A stretch of 26,026 nt of DNA from Armatimonadota bacterium (GCA_035686845.1 DASRZA010000228.1:1-26026); one strand, 5' to 3'. Shown: positions 1 to 8,435, counted from the first letter of the stretch. Notes: a model not told the origin generated them from the letters alone. Numbers and translations are program-made.

Positions 1-743
1 GCCTCAAACTGCGGGATCTCGTCTACCGAGTCGAGGTCGGCGCCGATGGCGGCGTGGAGGGTGGGGACGCCGGCGACGGTACCGCCGAGCGTGCGCCCCA
101 CCAGGCGCTCGGCGCGGGGGACGTCCAGGAGCGGGAGACGCAGCAGGGCTGTCAGCGCCAATCGCAATGATACTTCCCAACCGAGTGAGCCTGCCAGCGC
201 CAGGGGCCGCTTCCGATTCGCATAAATCCCCTCGATGACCGCGTCACGCTCAATCAGGAATTCGGGATCGGCCAGAATCAGGTTGCCGCCGGTGTACGTC
301 CCATCGCTCAGCCGCACAAATGTCCGCTTCATGTCCGGGTAGCGCTCCATCACGACGGACTTCTCGATGATGGAATAGCAGAAGGCCCGGTCGGCCGGGC
401 ACGCTGTCACAAAATCGTCCACCGCGGCCGGTGTGAGAAGCGGGATGTCACTCCCCACCAGCAGCACCCGGCCCTTGCCCCGGGCCGCCCGGGCCGCGAC
501 GAGAACGTTGCCGGTGAGCGTTTGGGTGGGATCGAGCAGCGTGACCTGCGGGAACGGTTCTGAAAACTCAGAGGGGCCGATCACCACCATCTCGTTCACG
601 GTGTTTGACGCGGAGAGCGCGTCCAGCACGTAGGCGAGCATCGGTCGTCCGGCGAGGGGAGTCAGCGCTCGCCAGGTACCGGGCGGCGCCTCGCCCTTCC
701 ATTTACCGGCTGCGATTACGGCCGCGACGACTCCCTCTGGCAT
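1..743 (-). CDS. MobA-like NTP-transferase family protein (nucleotidyltransferase). N-terminal part only; the gene continues past the left edge.
   Basis: Absent from the ORF track because it has no stop in the window. Reverse-complement translation from the ATG at 743..741 gives MPEGVVAAVIAAGKWKGE...PLAGRPMLAYVLDAL...VLLVGSDIPLLT. The glycine-rich N-terminal loop followed by L-x-G-R-P-M-L is typical of MobA/GlmU-type nucleotidyltransferases. A GGAGAG SD sits about 6 nt upstream of the ATG. Confidence 0.55.
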   Translation of the reverse strand, partial: MPEGVVAAVIAAGKWKGEAPPGTWRALTPLAGRPMLAYVLDALSASNTVNEMVVIGPSEFSEPFPQVTLLDPTQTLTGNVLVAARAARGKGRVLLVGSDIPLLTPAAVDDFVTACPADRAFCYSIIEKSVVMERYPDMKRTFVRLSDGTYTGGNLILADPEFLIERDAVIEGIYANRKRPLALAGSLGWEVSLRLALTALLRLPLLDVPRAERLVGRTLGGTVAGVPTLHAAIGADLDSVDEIPQFE

Positions 744-782
744 GGTCTCTCCGCATGTTCAAGTTCAAGAAGCGGCCGCTAT

Positions 783-1943
783 TCACCGGGGCTGCGTGAG
801 CGCGGCGCGAGCCTCTTCGGAATTGGCGCTCTCACCGGCGGCGCCCACGGCGCTGACAACATAGAAGTAGGTCGTATCGGCCGCGACGGAGGCGTCGACG
901 AAGCTGTTTGAGGTGATGTTTGAGCCGATGGTCGCGTAGGGACCGCCGGGAGCGCTGGATCGCTTCACGTTATACCCGGCAGCGCCGGCCGCCGCCGTCC
1001 AGCGGAGGGTAATCTGAGCGGCGGTTGCGGTGGCCGTGAGTCCGGTGGCGGGAGTGAGCGTCTTCTTGCGGGGCGAAAAGAGCCGCTCGAGACCCACGAA
1101 CGCGCCCGGCTTCTTCTCCACGGCGGCGGCTTTCAACGCCTTGATCCGCGCGGCCACTTCGACGCCGATCGCTTTGAACGCCTGGCCCTGCGGCGAATCG
1201 GGCGCGGCCACTACAATCGGCTTTCCAAGGTCCCCGGATTCGGCGATATTAGGGCTCAGCGGCACCTTCCCCAGCAGCGCCACCCCAAAATCTTTGGCAG
1301 CCTCGCCTCCATGCGAATCTCCAAAAATTGCCGTTTCATGGTGACAGTGTGGGCAGATAAATCCGCTCATATTCTCGACCATGCCGAGAATCGGCACTTC
1401 AAACGGCGGCCGTTGGAACATGGCGAGCGATTTAGATGCAATGTTGAGCGCCACGTCCTGGGGGGTAAACACAATCACGACGCCGCTCAAGGGAACCGCC
1501 TGCGCCAGGGTGAGCGGCGCGTCGCCGGTGCCCGGCGGAAGATCGACCAACAGATAATCCAGTTCTCCCCATTCCGGATCATTGATCAACTGCTGCAAGG
1601 CGCGCGAAACGATCGGGCCGCGCCATATAATCGGGTCGCCGCCCGGATTCAGGAATCCGATGGAGATGAGCTGCACCCCGTATCGATTGATCGGGATCAG
1701 CTTCTTGGTCTCCGCGTTGCCCTCTAACTCCTCAAACGCGTTCATCATCATCGGGATACTGGGGCCATACATGTCGGCGTCCAGCAGCCCGACTCTCGCC
1801 CCCTGCTGCTGGAGCGCGCAGGCGAGATTCACCGAGACTGTGGATTTGCCCACGCCGCCCTTGCCGCTGGCGATCCCAATGATATCTTTGATACCCGGCA
1901 CCGATTTCCGGCCCAGCGGGCTGGGACGGTCCTGCTCTGACAT
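783..1943 (-). CDS. apbC: Mrp/ApbC/NBP35-family Fe-S cluster carrier ATPase with a C-terminal fibronectin type III domain
   Basis: ORF 783..1955. I place the start at the ATG at 1943, preceded by TTGGAGG at SD spacing. The N-terminus has the deviant Walker A GIASGKGGVGKST, followed by LLDADMYGPSIP and a CPHC motif (FICPHCHHETAIFG), which is diagnostic of Mrp/ApbC. The last ~95 aa (AQITLRWTAAAGAAGYNVKRSS...TTYFYVVSAVGAAGESANS) match the FN3 consensus. Confidence 0.85.
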   Translation of the reverse strand: MSEQDRPSPLGRKSVPGIKDIIGIASGKGGVGKSTVSVNLACALQQQGARVGLLDADMYGPSIPMMMNAFEELEGNAETKKLIPINRYGVQLISIGFLNPGGDPIIWRGPIVSRALQQLINDPEWGELDYLLVDLPPGTGDAPLTLAQAVPLSGVVIVFTPQDVALNIASKSLAMFQRPPFEVPILGMVENMSGFICPHCHHETAIFGDSHGGEAAKDFGVALLGKVPLSPNIAESGDLGKPIVVAAPDSPQGQAFKAIGVEVAARIKALKAAAVEKKPGAFVGLERLFSPRKKTLTPATGLTATATAAQITLRWTAAAGAAGYNVKRSSAPGGPYATIGSNITSNSFVDASVAADTTYFYVVSAVGAAGESANSEEARAALTQPR

Positions 1944-1977
1944 CCTGACCTCCAATAGTAAATCGCTTTAGATAATC

Positions 1978-3189
1978 TTATGATTCCGACGGAGCGGAGT
2001 CCGCTCCGAATTGCGGAACGACGCGCAGCTCACTACCCCAGACGCTCACACGACCCGCGATCCGCTCTGTCGAAATCGGCTTATAGCGCCCATCCCGAAG
2101 CCGGGGCGTGAACCCGCTATCGCGAATGAGTCGTTCCATCTCGTTGACCGGCATGAGAAGCGATGGCGGCAAGGCGGCCTGAAGACCGCAAATGCCGGTC
2201 GAACCCAGATCATCGGCGCCGAACCGCAGCGCGACTTCGCCGATTTTGGCGCCCTGCGCCTCCCACGCGGCCTGAACGTGAGCCACGTTATCCAGGAAGC
2301 AGCGAGCGGCGGCAAGGGAACGGAGATAGTGAAAGGATGAGACGGGAACTCCGCCGCTGTGATCCGGGACGAGAACATCACCCCGGCCGCGCCGCCCCAC
2401 CGGGCCCGAGACATAGGCGACAAAACCACCCGTGCTCTCCTGCAGCTCGCGGATGGCGGCGAGGTGAGCGATAACGCCACCGGCATCAGAGGCGCCTTCC
2501 GGCGGACCCGCGGTGGAAACGATACCGGCTGCGTGCGCCGCACGGTGCAGCGCCAGACGAGGGTGCGGAGAAACGGCTGGAACCGGGCCAACCGGCTCAC
2601 CGGCGATCATTTCCAGGCCGGCGTCACGAAGCCGGCCGATCACCGTGTCCAGCGGAAGCTCTTCTTGCGCCGCCAGTCGTTCCACTTCCGCCGCCGCCAG
2701 CCGCCACACCGGCCGTTCCACGCCGCCGGCAGCGTGGATTGCGGCCAGCAGCGCCACCCATTCGCTTAAAACCGGCTCGGAATCCAGCGCTCCGTAAAGC
2801 GCGAGATCCGTGGCGCCCCAGCCCTCAAGACGACGCGCAAGATCCTCGATCTCATCGTACCGGATCCCGATTCCCGAAGGACTACCGGGCGCGGACTCCC
2901 CCATTTTAGAGGAGCGGGGGGCGAAGACTCCCCTGTTATCGGGGGGCGGGGGGCTACCGGGCGAGGACTCCCCCATTTTAGAGGGGCGAGGGGATAGGCC
3001 GCGACTTGCCACAGGAATTGATCCGCCGATGGCGTATGCTGCCAGGGGCTCAGGATTATGAGCAAGCCGGGCCTGCTCGGCGAGCAGACCCAGCTCGGCG
3101 AGATTATGGGAGGCCAAGAGCGCCGCGGCGTCACGCTCATTCAGCCGCCGCCCCTGCTCAATCTTTTCGGCGGCTATCCGGAGTGACAT
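1978..3189 (-). CDS. MqnC/MqnE-family (futalosine pathway) radical-SAM-like paralog lacking the CxxxCxxC motif. The motif is replaced by an in-frame 2 x 72-bp repeat insertion, so this may be a pseudogene or a neofunctionalised paralog.
   Basis: The 403-aa ORF starts at ATG 3189 with an AGAGG SD. Its N-terminus (EKIEQGRRLNERDAAALL...) and C-terminal half (LQESTGGFVAYV..., FLDNVAHVQAAWEAQGA...GADDLGSTG) align with the neighbouring intact Mqn protein. The region where that neighbour has NYTDVCNKFCKFC instead reads PRPSKMGESSPGSPPPPDNRGVFA / PRSSKMGESAPGSPSGIGIRYDEI, and no Cys triad is present in any frame. Confidence 0.55.
   Translation of the reverse strand: MSLRIAAEKIEQGRRLNERDAAALLASHNLAELGLLAEQARLAHNPEPLAAYAIGGSIPVASRGLSPRPSKMGESSPGSPPPPDNRGVFAPRSSKMGESAPGSPSGIGIRYDEIEDLARRLEGWGATDLALYGALDSEPVLSEWVALLAAIHAAGGVERPVWRLAAAEVERLAAQEELPLDTVIGRLRDAGLEMIAGEPVGPVPAVSPHPRLALHRAAHAAGIVSTAGPPEGASDAGGVIAHLAAIRELQESTGGFVAYVSGPVGRRGRGDVLVPDHSGGVPVSSFHYLRSLAAARCFLDNVAHVQAAWEAQGAKIGEVALRFGADDLGSTGICGLQAALPPSLLMPVNEMERLIRDSGFTPRLRDGRYKPISTERIAGRVSVWGSELRVVPQFGADSAPSES
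2878..2992. repeat. Two direct 72-bp repeat units (core CCCCCATTTTAGAGG on the plus strand) inside the coding sequence of the degenerate mqn paralog
   Basis: CTACCGGGCG(C/A)GGACTCCCCCATTTTAGAGG(A/G)GCG(G/A)GG at 2882 and 2954. The 72-bp period keeps the ORF in frame. A third core copy, inverted, lies at 4529..4545. Confidence 0.7.
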
Positions 3190-3243
3190 GAAACCTCTGA
3201 TACATGAGCGGTGAAGCGCGGTGGTGAAACAGAAGCGGCGGAG

Positions 3244-4353
3244 TCAGGCTGCAAGCGAAGGCGTCTCCAGCACGTTATAGAGATTGTCCCGTTCCACCGG
3301 ACGGCGCCCGGCTTCCACGATAAGCTGGATCAGGTCCTGCCGGGTCAACTGCTGACGCGTGGATCCGTCTTCCGGCCGCGTAATCTCATACTCTACAATG
3401 GTGCCGTCCACGTCATCCGCGCCGTACCAGAGGGACGCCTGAGCAACTTCCGGGGTGATCATAATCCAAAATGACTTGATATGCTCAAAATTATCGAGCA
3501 TCAGCCGGGCCACTGCAAGCTGCCGGAGGTCTTCGAGGCCGGTGGTTGGCGGAAGATGATCCAGCTCGGTGTTTTCGGGGTGAAATGAGAGCGGTATAAA
3601 CGTCAGAAAGCCGCCGGTTTCGTCCTGAAGCTCCCGCAGCCGCACCATGTGCTCCGCCCGCTCCTCCGGAGTTTCAAGATGACCATAGAGCATGGTGGCG
3701 TTGGATCGCAGTCCGGCGCGGTGCGCCGCCCGCGCCATTTCCAGCCACTCGCGACCATCTTGCTTGAGGGGGAAGAGCTCGCCGTGAATCCGGTCGCTCA
3801 GCACCTCTGCGCCGCCGCCAGGCATCGAGTCAAGACCGGCGGCCCTCAGGTCCGCAAAGACTTCGTCAACCGGTTTCCGGGCGCACTTTACAATCTGCGC
3901 CATCTCGACCATGGTGAACGCCTTGACGTGCGCCTCCGGCCGGGCGGTCTTGGCAGCCCGCACGATGTCGAGGTAATAACTATAAGGTAGGGCCGGGTTG
4001 ATGCCGCCCACCATGTGAATTTCGGTCACGGGAAAATCGCGAGCGCGATGGACTCGCGCCTGCACGTCTTCAGGGGTGAGGGTGTAGCCCCGACTATCCC
4101 GGGGGCCGGCGTAAAACGAGCAAAACTTGCAGAATTTGTTGCAGACGTCGGTGTAGTTGATATGCTGATTGCGCACAAAATACGCGCGGTCGCCATTCTT
4201 TCGCTCGCGGACGAGATTTGCCATGTACCCGAGCGCATTCAGGTCGGGGGATCGGTATAATCGCACGGCGTCCTCGTACCCTAGACGTTCGCCCGCCACC
4301 ACCCGCTCAAAGATGTCGCCCAGCCCGGCCTGTTTGAGACGCGCTTCAACCAT
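3244..4353 (-). CDS. Radical SAM enzyme of the futalosine menaquinone pathway: MqnC (cyclic dehypoxanthinyl futalosine synthase) or MqnE (aminofutalosine synthase) family
   Basis: ORF 3244..4359. The second ATG (4353) has an AGGAGG SD at ideal spacing. The protein has CNKFCKFC (CxxxCxxC) after HINYTDV, then GGINP, LQDETGGFLTFIPL and a C-terminal GADDVDGT, which is the classic MqnC/MqnE architecture. I cannot tell C from E by eye. Confidence 0.8.
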   Translation of the reverse strand: MVEARLKQAGLGDIFERVVAGERLGYEDAVRLYRSPDLNALGYMANLVRERKNGDRAYFVRNQHINYTDVCNKFCKFCSFYAGPRDSRGYTLTPEDVQARVHRARDFPVTEIHMVGGINPALPYSYYLDIVRAAKTARPEAHVKAFTMVEMAQIVKCARKPVDEVFADLRAAGLDSMPGGGAEVLSDRIHGELFPLKQDGREWLEMARAAHRAGLRSNATMLYGHLETPEERAEHMVRLRELQDETGGFLTFIPLSFHPENTELDHLPPTTGLEDLRQLAVARLMLDNFEHIKSFWIMITPEVAQASLWYGADDVDGTIVEYEITRPEDGSTRQQLTRQDLIQLIVEAGRRPVERDNLYNVLETPSLAA

Positions 4354-4400
4354 CTGCATCCTCCTCTTGAAACTCTTCCAGTATTGTAGCAGGTTCCCGA

Positions 4401-4430
4401 TTGACGCAGGCGCCCCGGCCGGCTTATACG
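4401..4430 (+). promoter_or_regulatory. Putative sigma70-like promoter (TTGACG, N18, TATACG) in the divergent intergenic region. TATGAT and TAAGAT -10-like hexamers follow.
   Basis: Hexamers TTGACG at 4401..4406 and TATACG at 4425..4430. Downstream, CTGGTATGATCTGGTAAGATAC carries a repeated TGGTA motif. Strand assignment is tentative. Confidence 0.25.
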
Positions 4431-4506
4431 AGCGCGGCGGGCGGTGACTCTGGTATGATCTGGTAAGATACAGCTATCCTGGTACACTTCCGCGTAAGAC
4501 CATCGG

Positions 4507-4554
4507 GGTTGGTCGCCGGCCCCTGAATCCCTCTAAAATGGGGGCGACCAACAC
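4507..4554. other. Hairpin element (stem GGTTGGTCGCC / GGCGACCAAC) whose loop carries the dispersed CCTCTAAAATGGGGG core repeat. Sits in the 5' leader/intergenic region.
   Basis: Inverted repeat 4507..4517 versus 4544..4554. The loop GGCCCCTGAATCCCTCTAAAATGGG shares a 15-nt core with two copies inside gene 1978..3189, in the opposite orientation. Confidence 0.5.
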
Positions 4555-4624
4555 CAGAACTGATCTGGCGGACTTGAACTGAGCTGCACCAGGCTGGCGT
4601 CTAGACTCACCGGGATCACGCTCC

Positions 4625-6760
4625 TTGCTGCAGACCTTATGGTCCATCTTCATTCTTAGCGCTTTTCTTCTGATCGCGGCCGCCGTTGGTGACCGGATCG
4701 TGCGGCGGCTGCGGCTGCTGCCGCCCGACGCCGGTGATTCGGACCGGCTGATCTTTAGCCTGGCGCTGGGTCTGGGCGCCGTCGCCTTGATCACCTTTGG
4801 CGTTGGCATGGCCGGCGCTCTGCGCCCGGCGCCGCTTTTCGGGACGCTCGCCGCAATCGGCCTTATATGCGCACGCGGCGCGTTCGCACTCGTCGGCGCG
4901 GCCGGACGTCTTCTCTCACGCGCCGGAAGATTTGTCGTGCGTCTCGTTCGCTCAATCGGCCGGCGGCCGGGCTGGGGCGCCAATCTCTGGCTGCTCACGG
5001 CGCTGGTCTTGGGGGGGATTGAGGCTATCGCCCTCTTCATCGGCGCGCTCGCGCCGCCCGCCGGCGCGGATTACGACGCGCTGGCCTATCACCTGGCGCT
5101 TCCCGCCCTCTACCTTCGCTGGGGCGCCATCCGGTACGACCCCTATATCCTGCACTCGAACTTTCCGCAGGTTATTGAAATGCTGTACCTGGTGATGCTG
5201 GCGGCCGGCGCGCAGGCGGCCCGGACGGTCCATTTCGTCTTTGGCCTGCTTGCGGCGTGCGCGTGCGGTTCCTTGTGCCGCCGATACGGCCGCGCGGCCG
5301 CGATCATCGGAGCTCTGGTTTTCTGGATGACTCCGGTTGTGGCGTGGGAGGCGGGCAGCGGCTACGACGACCTCGCGTTCGCTCTCTTTCAGACGCTGGC
5401 GTTTCTGGCCTGTGTCCGCGCCTTCGACCGCAGGCCGGGCGAGCGCTGGCTCGTGCTGGCGGGAATATGCCAGGGGCTTGCGTTAGGGGTGAAATATACG
5501 GCCCTCGCATTCGTTCCTCTGCTGCTGATTGCTGGCGCCGCTACCGTCTGGAGGCAGGGTGGCCCTGGCATGGGCGCTGCCCGATCGCGCCTGCGCAGCG
5601 TGCTCCAGCAGACGGGAATCGCCGGGCTTGCCGCCGCTATCGTCGCCTCACCGTGGTACGCCCGGGCGTTGATCTGGACCGGCAACCCGGTCTTTCCCTA
5701 TTACTATTCCCTCTTTGGCGGGCGCAATTGGAGCCGGGAAGCCGAGCGGTTTTACCGCCATCTCCAGATCGGCTATGGCGCCGGGCACGCCCTCGGGAGT
5801 GGACGTGGGCCGCTGGACTTTTTAACCGCGCCGTGGCACCTTATCGCCGTGCCTCAGTATTATTACGAGCCAGGTGGGAGCGCGGGCTTCGGCGTGCTCC
5901 GCGGGAGTATTGGCCTGGCATATCTCCTGTTGATCGGTCTGAACTTTATCAGGGGCGAATGGAAGCCGGCCGCCGCTGCGCTGGCGCTGCTCTTCGGCGC
6001 ATTTTTCATTGAATGGTACCTGCTGATGCAGCAGGTGCGATACCTTATTCCGGCGCTGCCCCTCCTCACGCCCGCCTGCGCTCTGGCGCTTTCGCCTCTA
6101 TTAACGTCCGGCCGCGCCTCCGAACCGGGAGGCCCTGATACCAGGCCGGCCGCATGGTTCGCCATGACGCTCGCCGCGATGATAGTTCTCACGTCTTTCG
6201 GCTGGTCGGTGTGGGTCTCCGGCCAGCTCGCTGTCTGGGGCCCCGGTCCTTCGGCGGCGCTGGTTGACGTGGGCGCTATCAGCCGGGACGATTACCTTTC
6301 GCAGCGGCTGCCCGACCTCTGGCTCGTCTCCGAATGGGTGAATATCAATCTGCCGGCCAACGCTCGCGTCGCGCTGATCAGCGAACCGCGCAGCTATTAT
6401 ATACATCGCGACACGCTCTGGGCCGATGGCTACGAGCAGGAGAAGCTGCGCTATTCTAAGATGCGCACTGCGCATGAGCTGGCAGCCGCGCTCCGGAAGG
6501 CCGGAATCACCGACGTGTTGATCCGGGTCGGCAGTCCGTATGGGCTGGTCGGAACCTACGGTCTGCCCCATGCCAATCCGTCCACCGCTGACTGGTCCTC
6601 ATTGAATTACCACGGCCCCCTCTCCCACTGGATCACGCTTTACCATAACGCCATCGACGAGGGCCTATTGAATCCCATCTATCCGCAAAGCGGCGCCGCC
6701 ACCGACCCGAACGGGTACGCGGTTTATGAAGTTGAAGGGGCCAAAAAGGATGAAGGATGA
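4625..6760 (+). CDS. Polytopic membrane protein, putative GT-C-fold glycosyltransferase (PMT_2/ArnT-like) with a C-terminal periplasmic domain
   Basis: 711-aa ORF with a TTG start at 4625 (start uncertain). There are at least 12 hydrophobic segments. An acidic loop motif GADYDALAYHLALPALYL follows the first TM segments, which is the position of the DE/DxD motif in GT39/GT83 enzymes. Aromatic-rich loops (PVFPYYYSLFGG) are also present. Assignment is by architecture only. Confidence 0.45.
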   Translation: MLQTLWSIFILSAFLLIAAAVGDRIVRRLRLLPPDAGDSDRLIFSLALGLGAVALITFGVGMAGALRPAPLFGTLAAIGLICARGAFALVGAAGRLLSRAGRFVVRLVRSIGRRPGWGANLWLLTALVLGGIEAIALFIGALAPPAGADYDALAYHLALPALYLRWGAIRYDPYILHSNFPQVIEMLYLVMLAAGAQAARTVHFVFGLLAACACGSLCRRYGRAAAIIGALVFWMTPVVAWEAGSGYDDLAFALFQTLAFLACVRAFDRRPGERWLVLAGICQGLALGVKYTALAFVPLLLIAGAATVWRQGGPGMGAARSRLRSVLQQTGIAGLAAAIVASPWYARALIWTGNPVFPYYYSLFGGRNWSREAERFYRHLQIGYGAGHALGSGRGPLDFLTAPWHLIAVPQYYYEPGGSAGFGVLRGSIGLAYLLLIGLNFIRGEWKPAAAALALLFGAFFIEWYLLMQQVRYLIPALPLLTPACALALSPLLTSGRASEPGGPDTRPAAWFAMTLAAMIVLTSFGWSVWVSGQLAVWGPGPSAALVDVGAISRDDYLSQRLPDLWLVSEWVNINLPANARVALISEPRSYYIHRDTLWADGYEQEKLRYSKMRTAHELAAALRKAGITDVLIRVGSPYGLVGTYGLPHANPSTADWSSLNYHGPLSHWITLYHNAIDEGLLNPIYPQSGAATDPNGYAVYEVEGAKKDEG

Positions 6761-6761
6761 G

Positions 6762-8417
6762 TCAAGCCAACGTCACCGCAACCACCTCCGTCCCCGCCGT
6801 GCGGCCGTGGGAATCGAGAACCTGGAGGCTGAGAATATGCTTTCCGGGGGCGTAGAGAGAGGTGTCGAGGTCGGCGCGGCATTCACCCGGGCCGCGGACC
6901 CGTGCGACCTCACGGCCGTCCAGGCGATAGATCAGCAGCGGAGCGTCTTCGTAGGTCTTTACCCAGGCGCTCAGATGTTCGACGCCGCTGAGGTGCGCGC
7001 CCACCGTGAGTGGTCGGGTCCACGTGGGAAGCGCCTGCTGCACGCCCGTCTCCACCGCGGGCAGGAAGTAATCGGGCGCAACGCACCGGGTAAGCGCGGC
7101 GAGCATCACGTCGCTATCGGTGACGCTGTAATCATTCAGCGCCCGGCCGGGCATCACGTCGGCGCCATTCAGATTATCGTTATCGAAGATTCCGACCATC
7201 TTAACACGTGGAAACTCCCGCGGCAGCGCTGAAAAGAGCTCCGTTAACTTGTCCGCCGCTAAAACCGAATAATCCACCGCCGGGTCCAGCCGCTCCCGAT
7301 GCGAGGCGCCATATTCGCAGATAGCGATAGGCTTGCGGGCGGCGTATTTGTGATACACGTACTCCAGCAGGCTTGCAGGGTTCTCGAATCCCGCCGGCCG
7401 CGCAGGGTCGTTGTCATGATGCAGCACCGAATAGAAGTTCACTCCCACCCAGTCCACGTACGCGTCGCCCGGATAATAGTCGTCCATGTTGTACTCGGGG
7501 ACCTGGTTGACACACCAGATCATCGCCACGTTGGGCGCCAGTCGCGCCATTACGTCATGGACGAGCCTGAACTTAGCTTTGTAGAGCGAGGGGTCATTAT
7601 GCCAGGCGGTCCAGTCGCCGTTCATCTCGCCGGCGAAGCGAAGAAAGATGGGGCCGCCGCAGGAAGCGGCGTCACGGGCGAACTGTTCCAAATAGGCGTC
7701 GTCCCGAACCCGCGAAAGACCGTTGTTCGGTTCCAGGGCGATGCGGGGAGCGATGCCATCATTCAGAAGCGCCTGCGCCCACCGGAGCGGGAACGGGCGG
7801 CCGTAATTCGCGTAATCCCACGACGTCGCCAGCGGCTTACCAATCCTTTCGCCCAGCGCGGCAGCCCGGTTGGCATAGATGGCATTACCATATTCGCCGC
7901 CACCGCCCAGGCTGTTATCACCCGCCACGTAGGCGCCAAGATAACATCCGTAGACCGGCTCGAACTTCTTGCCGGTGTAGAATGCGAGCTGGGCGGATCG
8001 ATCGGGCGGCGCATCCACAAACATTTGAATATGAGTGGACCAGCGGGCGGCTTTCTCTTCTTCCACTGCAGCCCCCTGCAGGTCACCATGACTCCGGTAA
8101 ATCTGCGCCTCCAGGTGGTAATCTCTGGAGGCATCGGCGTAGTCGCCGCGAGCGACGGCGCTGTCCGCCATCCGCCGGTAATCAGCGCCGGTGACACTCC
8201 GACCGGCGCCGGCGATGAGAAGAACGGCGCTCAAAATCACCGCCAACACTTCGACGGTTCTCAACTTAATATGAGCGGGTCGATTCCGTCTCACTGTCGT
8301 TATCTTCGCTTTCGCGGCTCCGGTCACCGCATGTAGGAGCCGAATCCCTTCGGCGATTTCCGCTCCGGTCACCGCATGTAGGAGCCGAATCCTTTCGGCG
8401 ATTTCGCCTGCCCCCAT
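6762..8417 (-). CDS. Secreted GH26-like (clan GH-A) glycoside hydrolase, mannanase-like, with N-terminal TPR-like and C-terminal Ig-like domains: paralog 1
   Basis: Motifs LRFAGEMNGDW (acid/base region), YPGDAYVDWVGVNFY and PIAICEYG (nucleophile region) fit the GH26 signature. The N-terminal 45 aa of the ORF are encoded by a 2 x 45-bp REP-like tandem repeat. The real start is more likely the GTG near 8295, giving MRRNRPAHIKLRTVEVLAVILSAVLLIAGAG, which looks like a signal peptide. Confidence 0.6.
   Translation of the reverse strand: MGAGEIAERIRLLHAVTGAEIAEGIRLLHAVTGAAKAKITTVRRNRPAHIKLRTVEVLAVILSAVLLIAGAGRSVTGADYRRMADSAVARGDYADASRDYHLEAQIYRSHGDLQGAAVEEEKAARWSTHIQMFVDAPPDRSAQLAFYTGKKFEPVYGCYLGAYVAGDNSLGGGGEYGNAIYANRAAALGERIGKPLATSWDYANYGRPFPLRWAQALLNDGIAPRIALEPNNGLSRVRDDAYLEQFARDAASCGGPIFLRFAGEMNGDWTAWHNDPSLYKAKFRLVHDVMARLAPNVAMIWCVNQVPEYNMDDYYPGDAYVDWVGVNFYSVLHHDNDPARPAGFENPASLLEYVYHKYAARKPIAICEYGASHRERLDPAVDYSVLAADKLTELFSALPREFPRVKMVGIFDNDNLNGADVMPGRALNDYSVTDSDVMLAALTRCVAPDYFLPAVETGVQQALPTWTRPLTVGAHLSGVEHLSAWVKTYEDAPLLIYRLDGREVARVRGPGECRADLDTSLYAPGKHILSLQVLDSHGRTAGTEVVAVTLA
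8318..8408. repeat. Two tandem 45-bp units containing the 27-bp core TGTAGGAGCCGAATCCCTTCGGCGATT (hairpin GCCGAA-TCCC-TTCGGC). REP-like element.
   Basis: CTCCGGTCACCGCATGTAGGAGCCGAATCCCTTCGGCGATTTCCG repeated with two mismatches. The same core recurs at 25178..25262. Confidence 0.7.
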
Positions 8418-8435
8418 AACCGGGGCGAACCGGCG

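Noticed and set aside
4474-5040. 188-aa minus-strand ORF overlapping the divergent promoter and the start of the membrane glycosyltransferase gene
   Set aside because: It is Arg/Pro/Ala-rich low complexity, antisense to a 12-TM protein gene, and spans the promoter hairpin region.
7299-8336. 345-aa and 305-aa plus-strand ORFs (7299..8336 and 9207..10124) that are near-identical to each other
   Set aside because: They are antisense to the two GH26-like genes. Their similarity simply reflects the gene-converted block on the coding strand.
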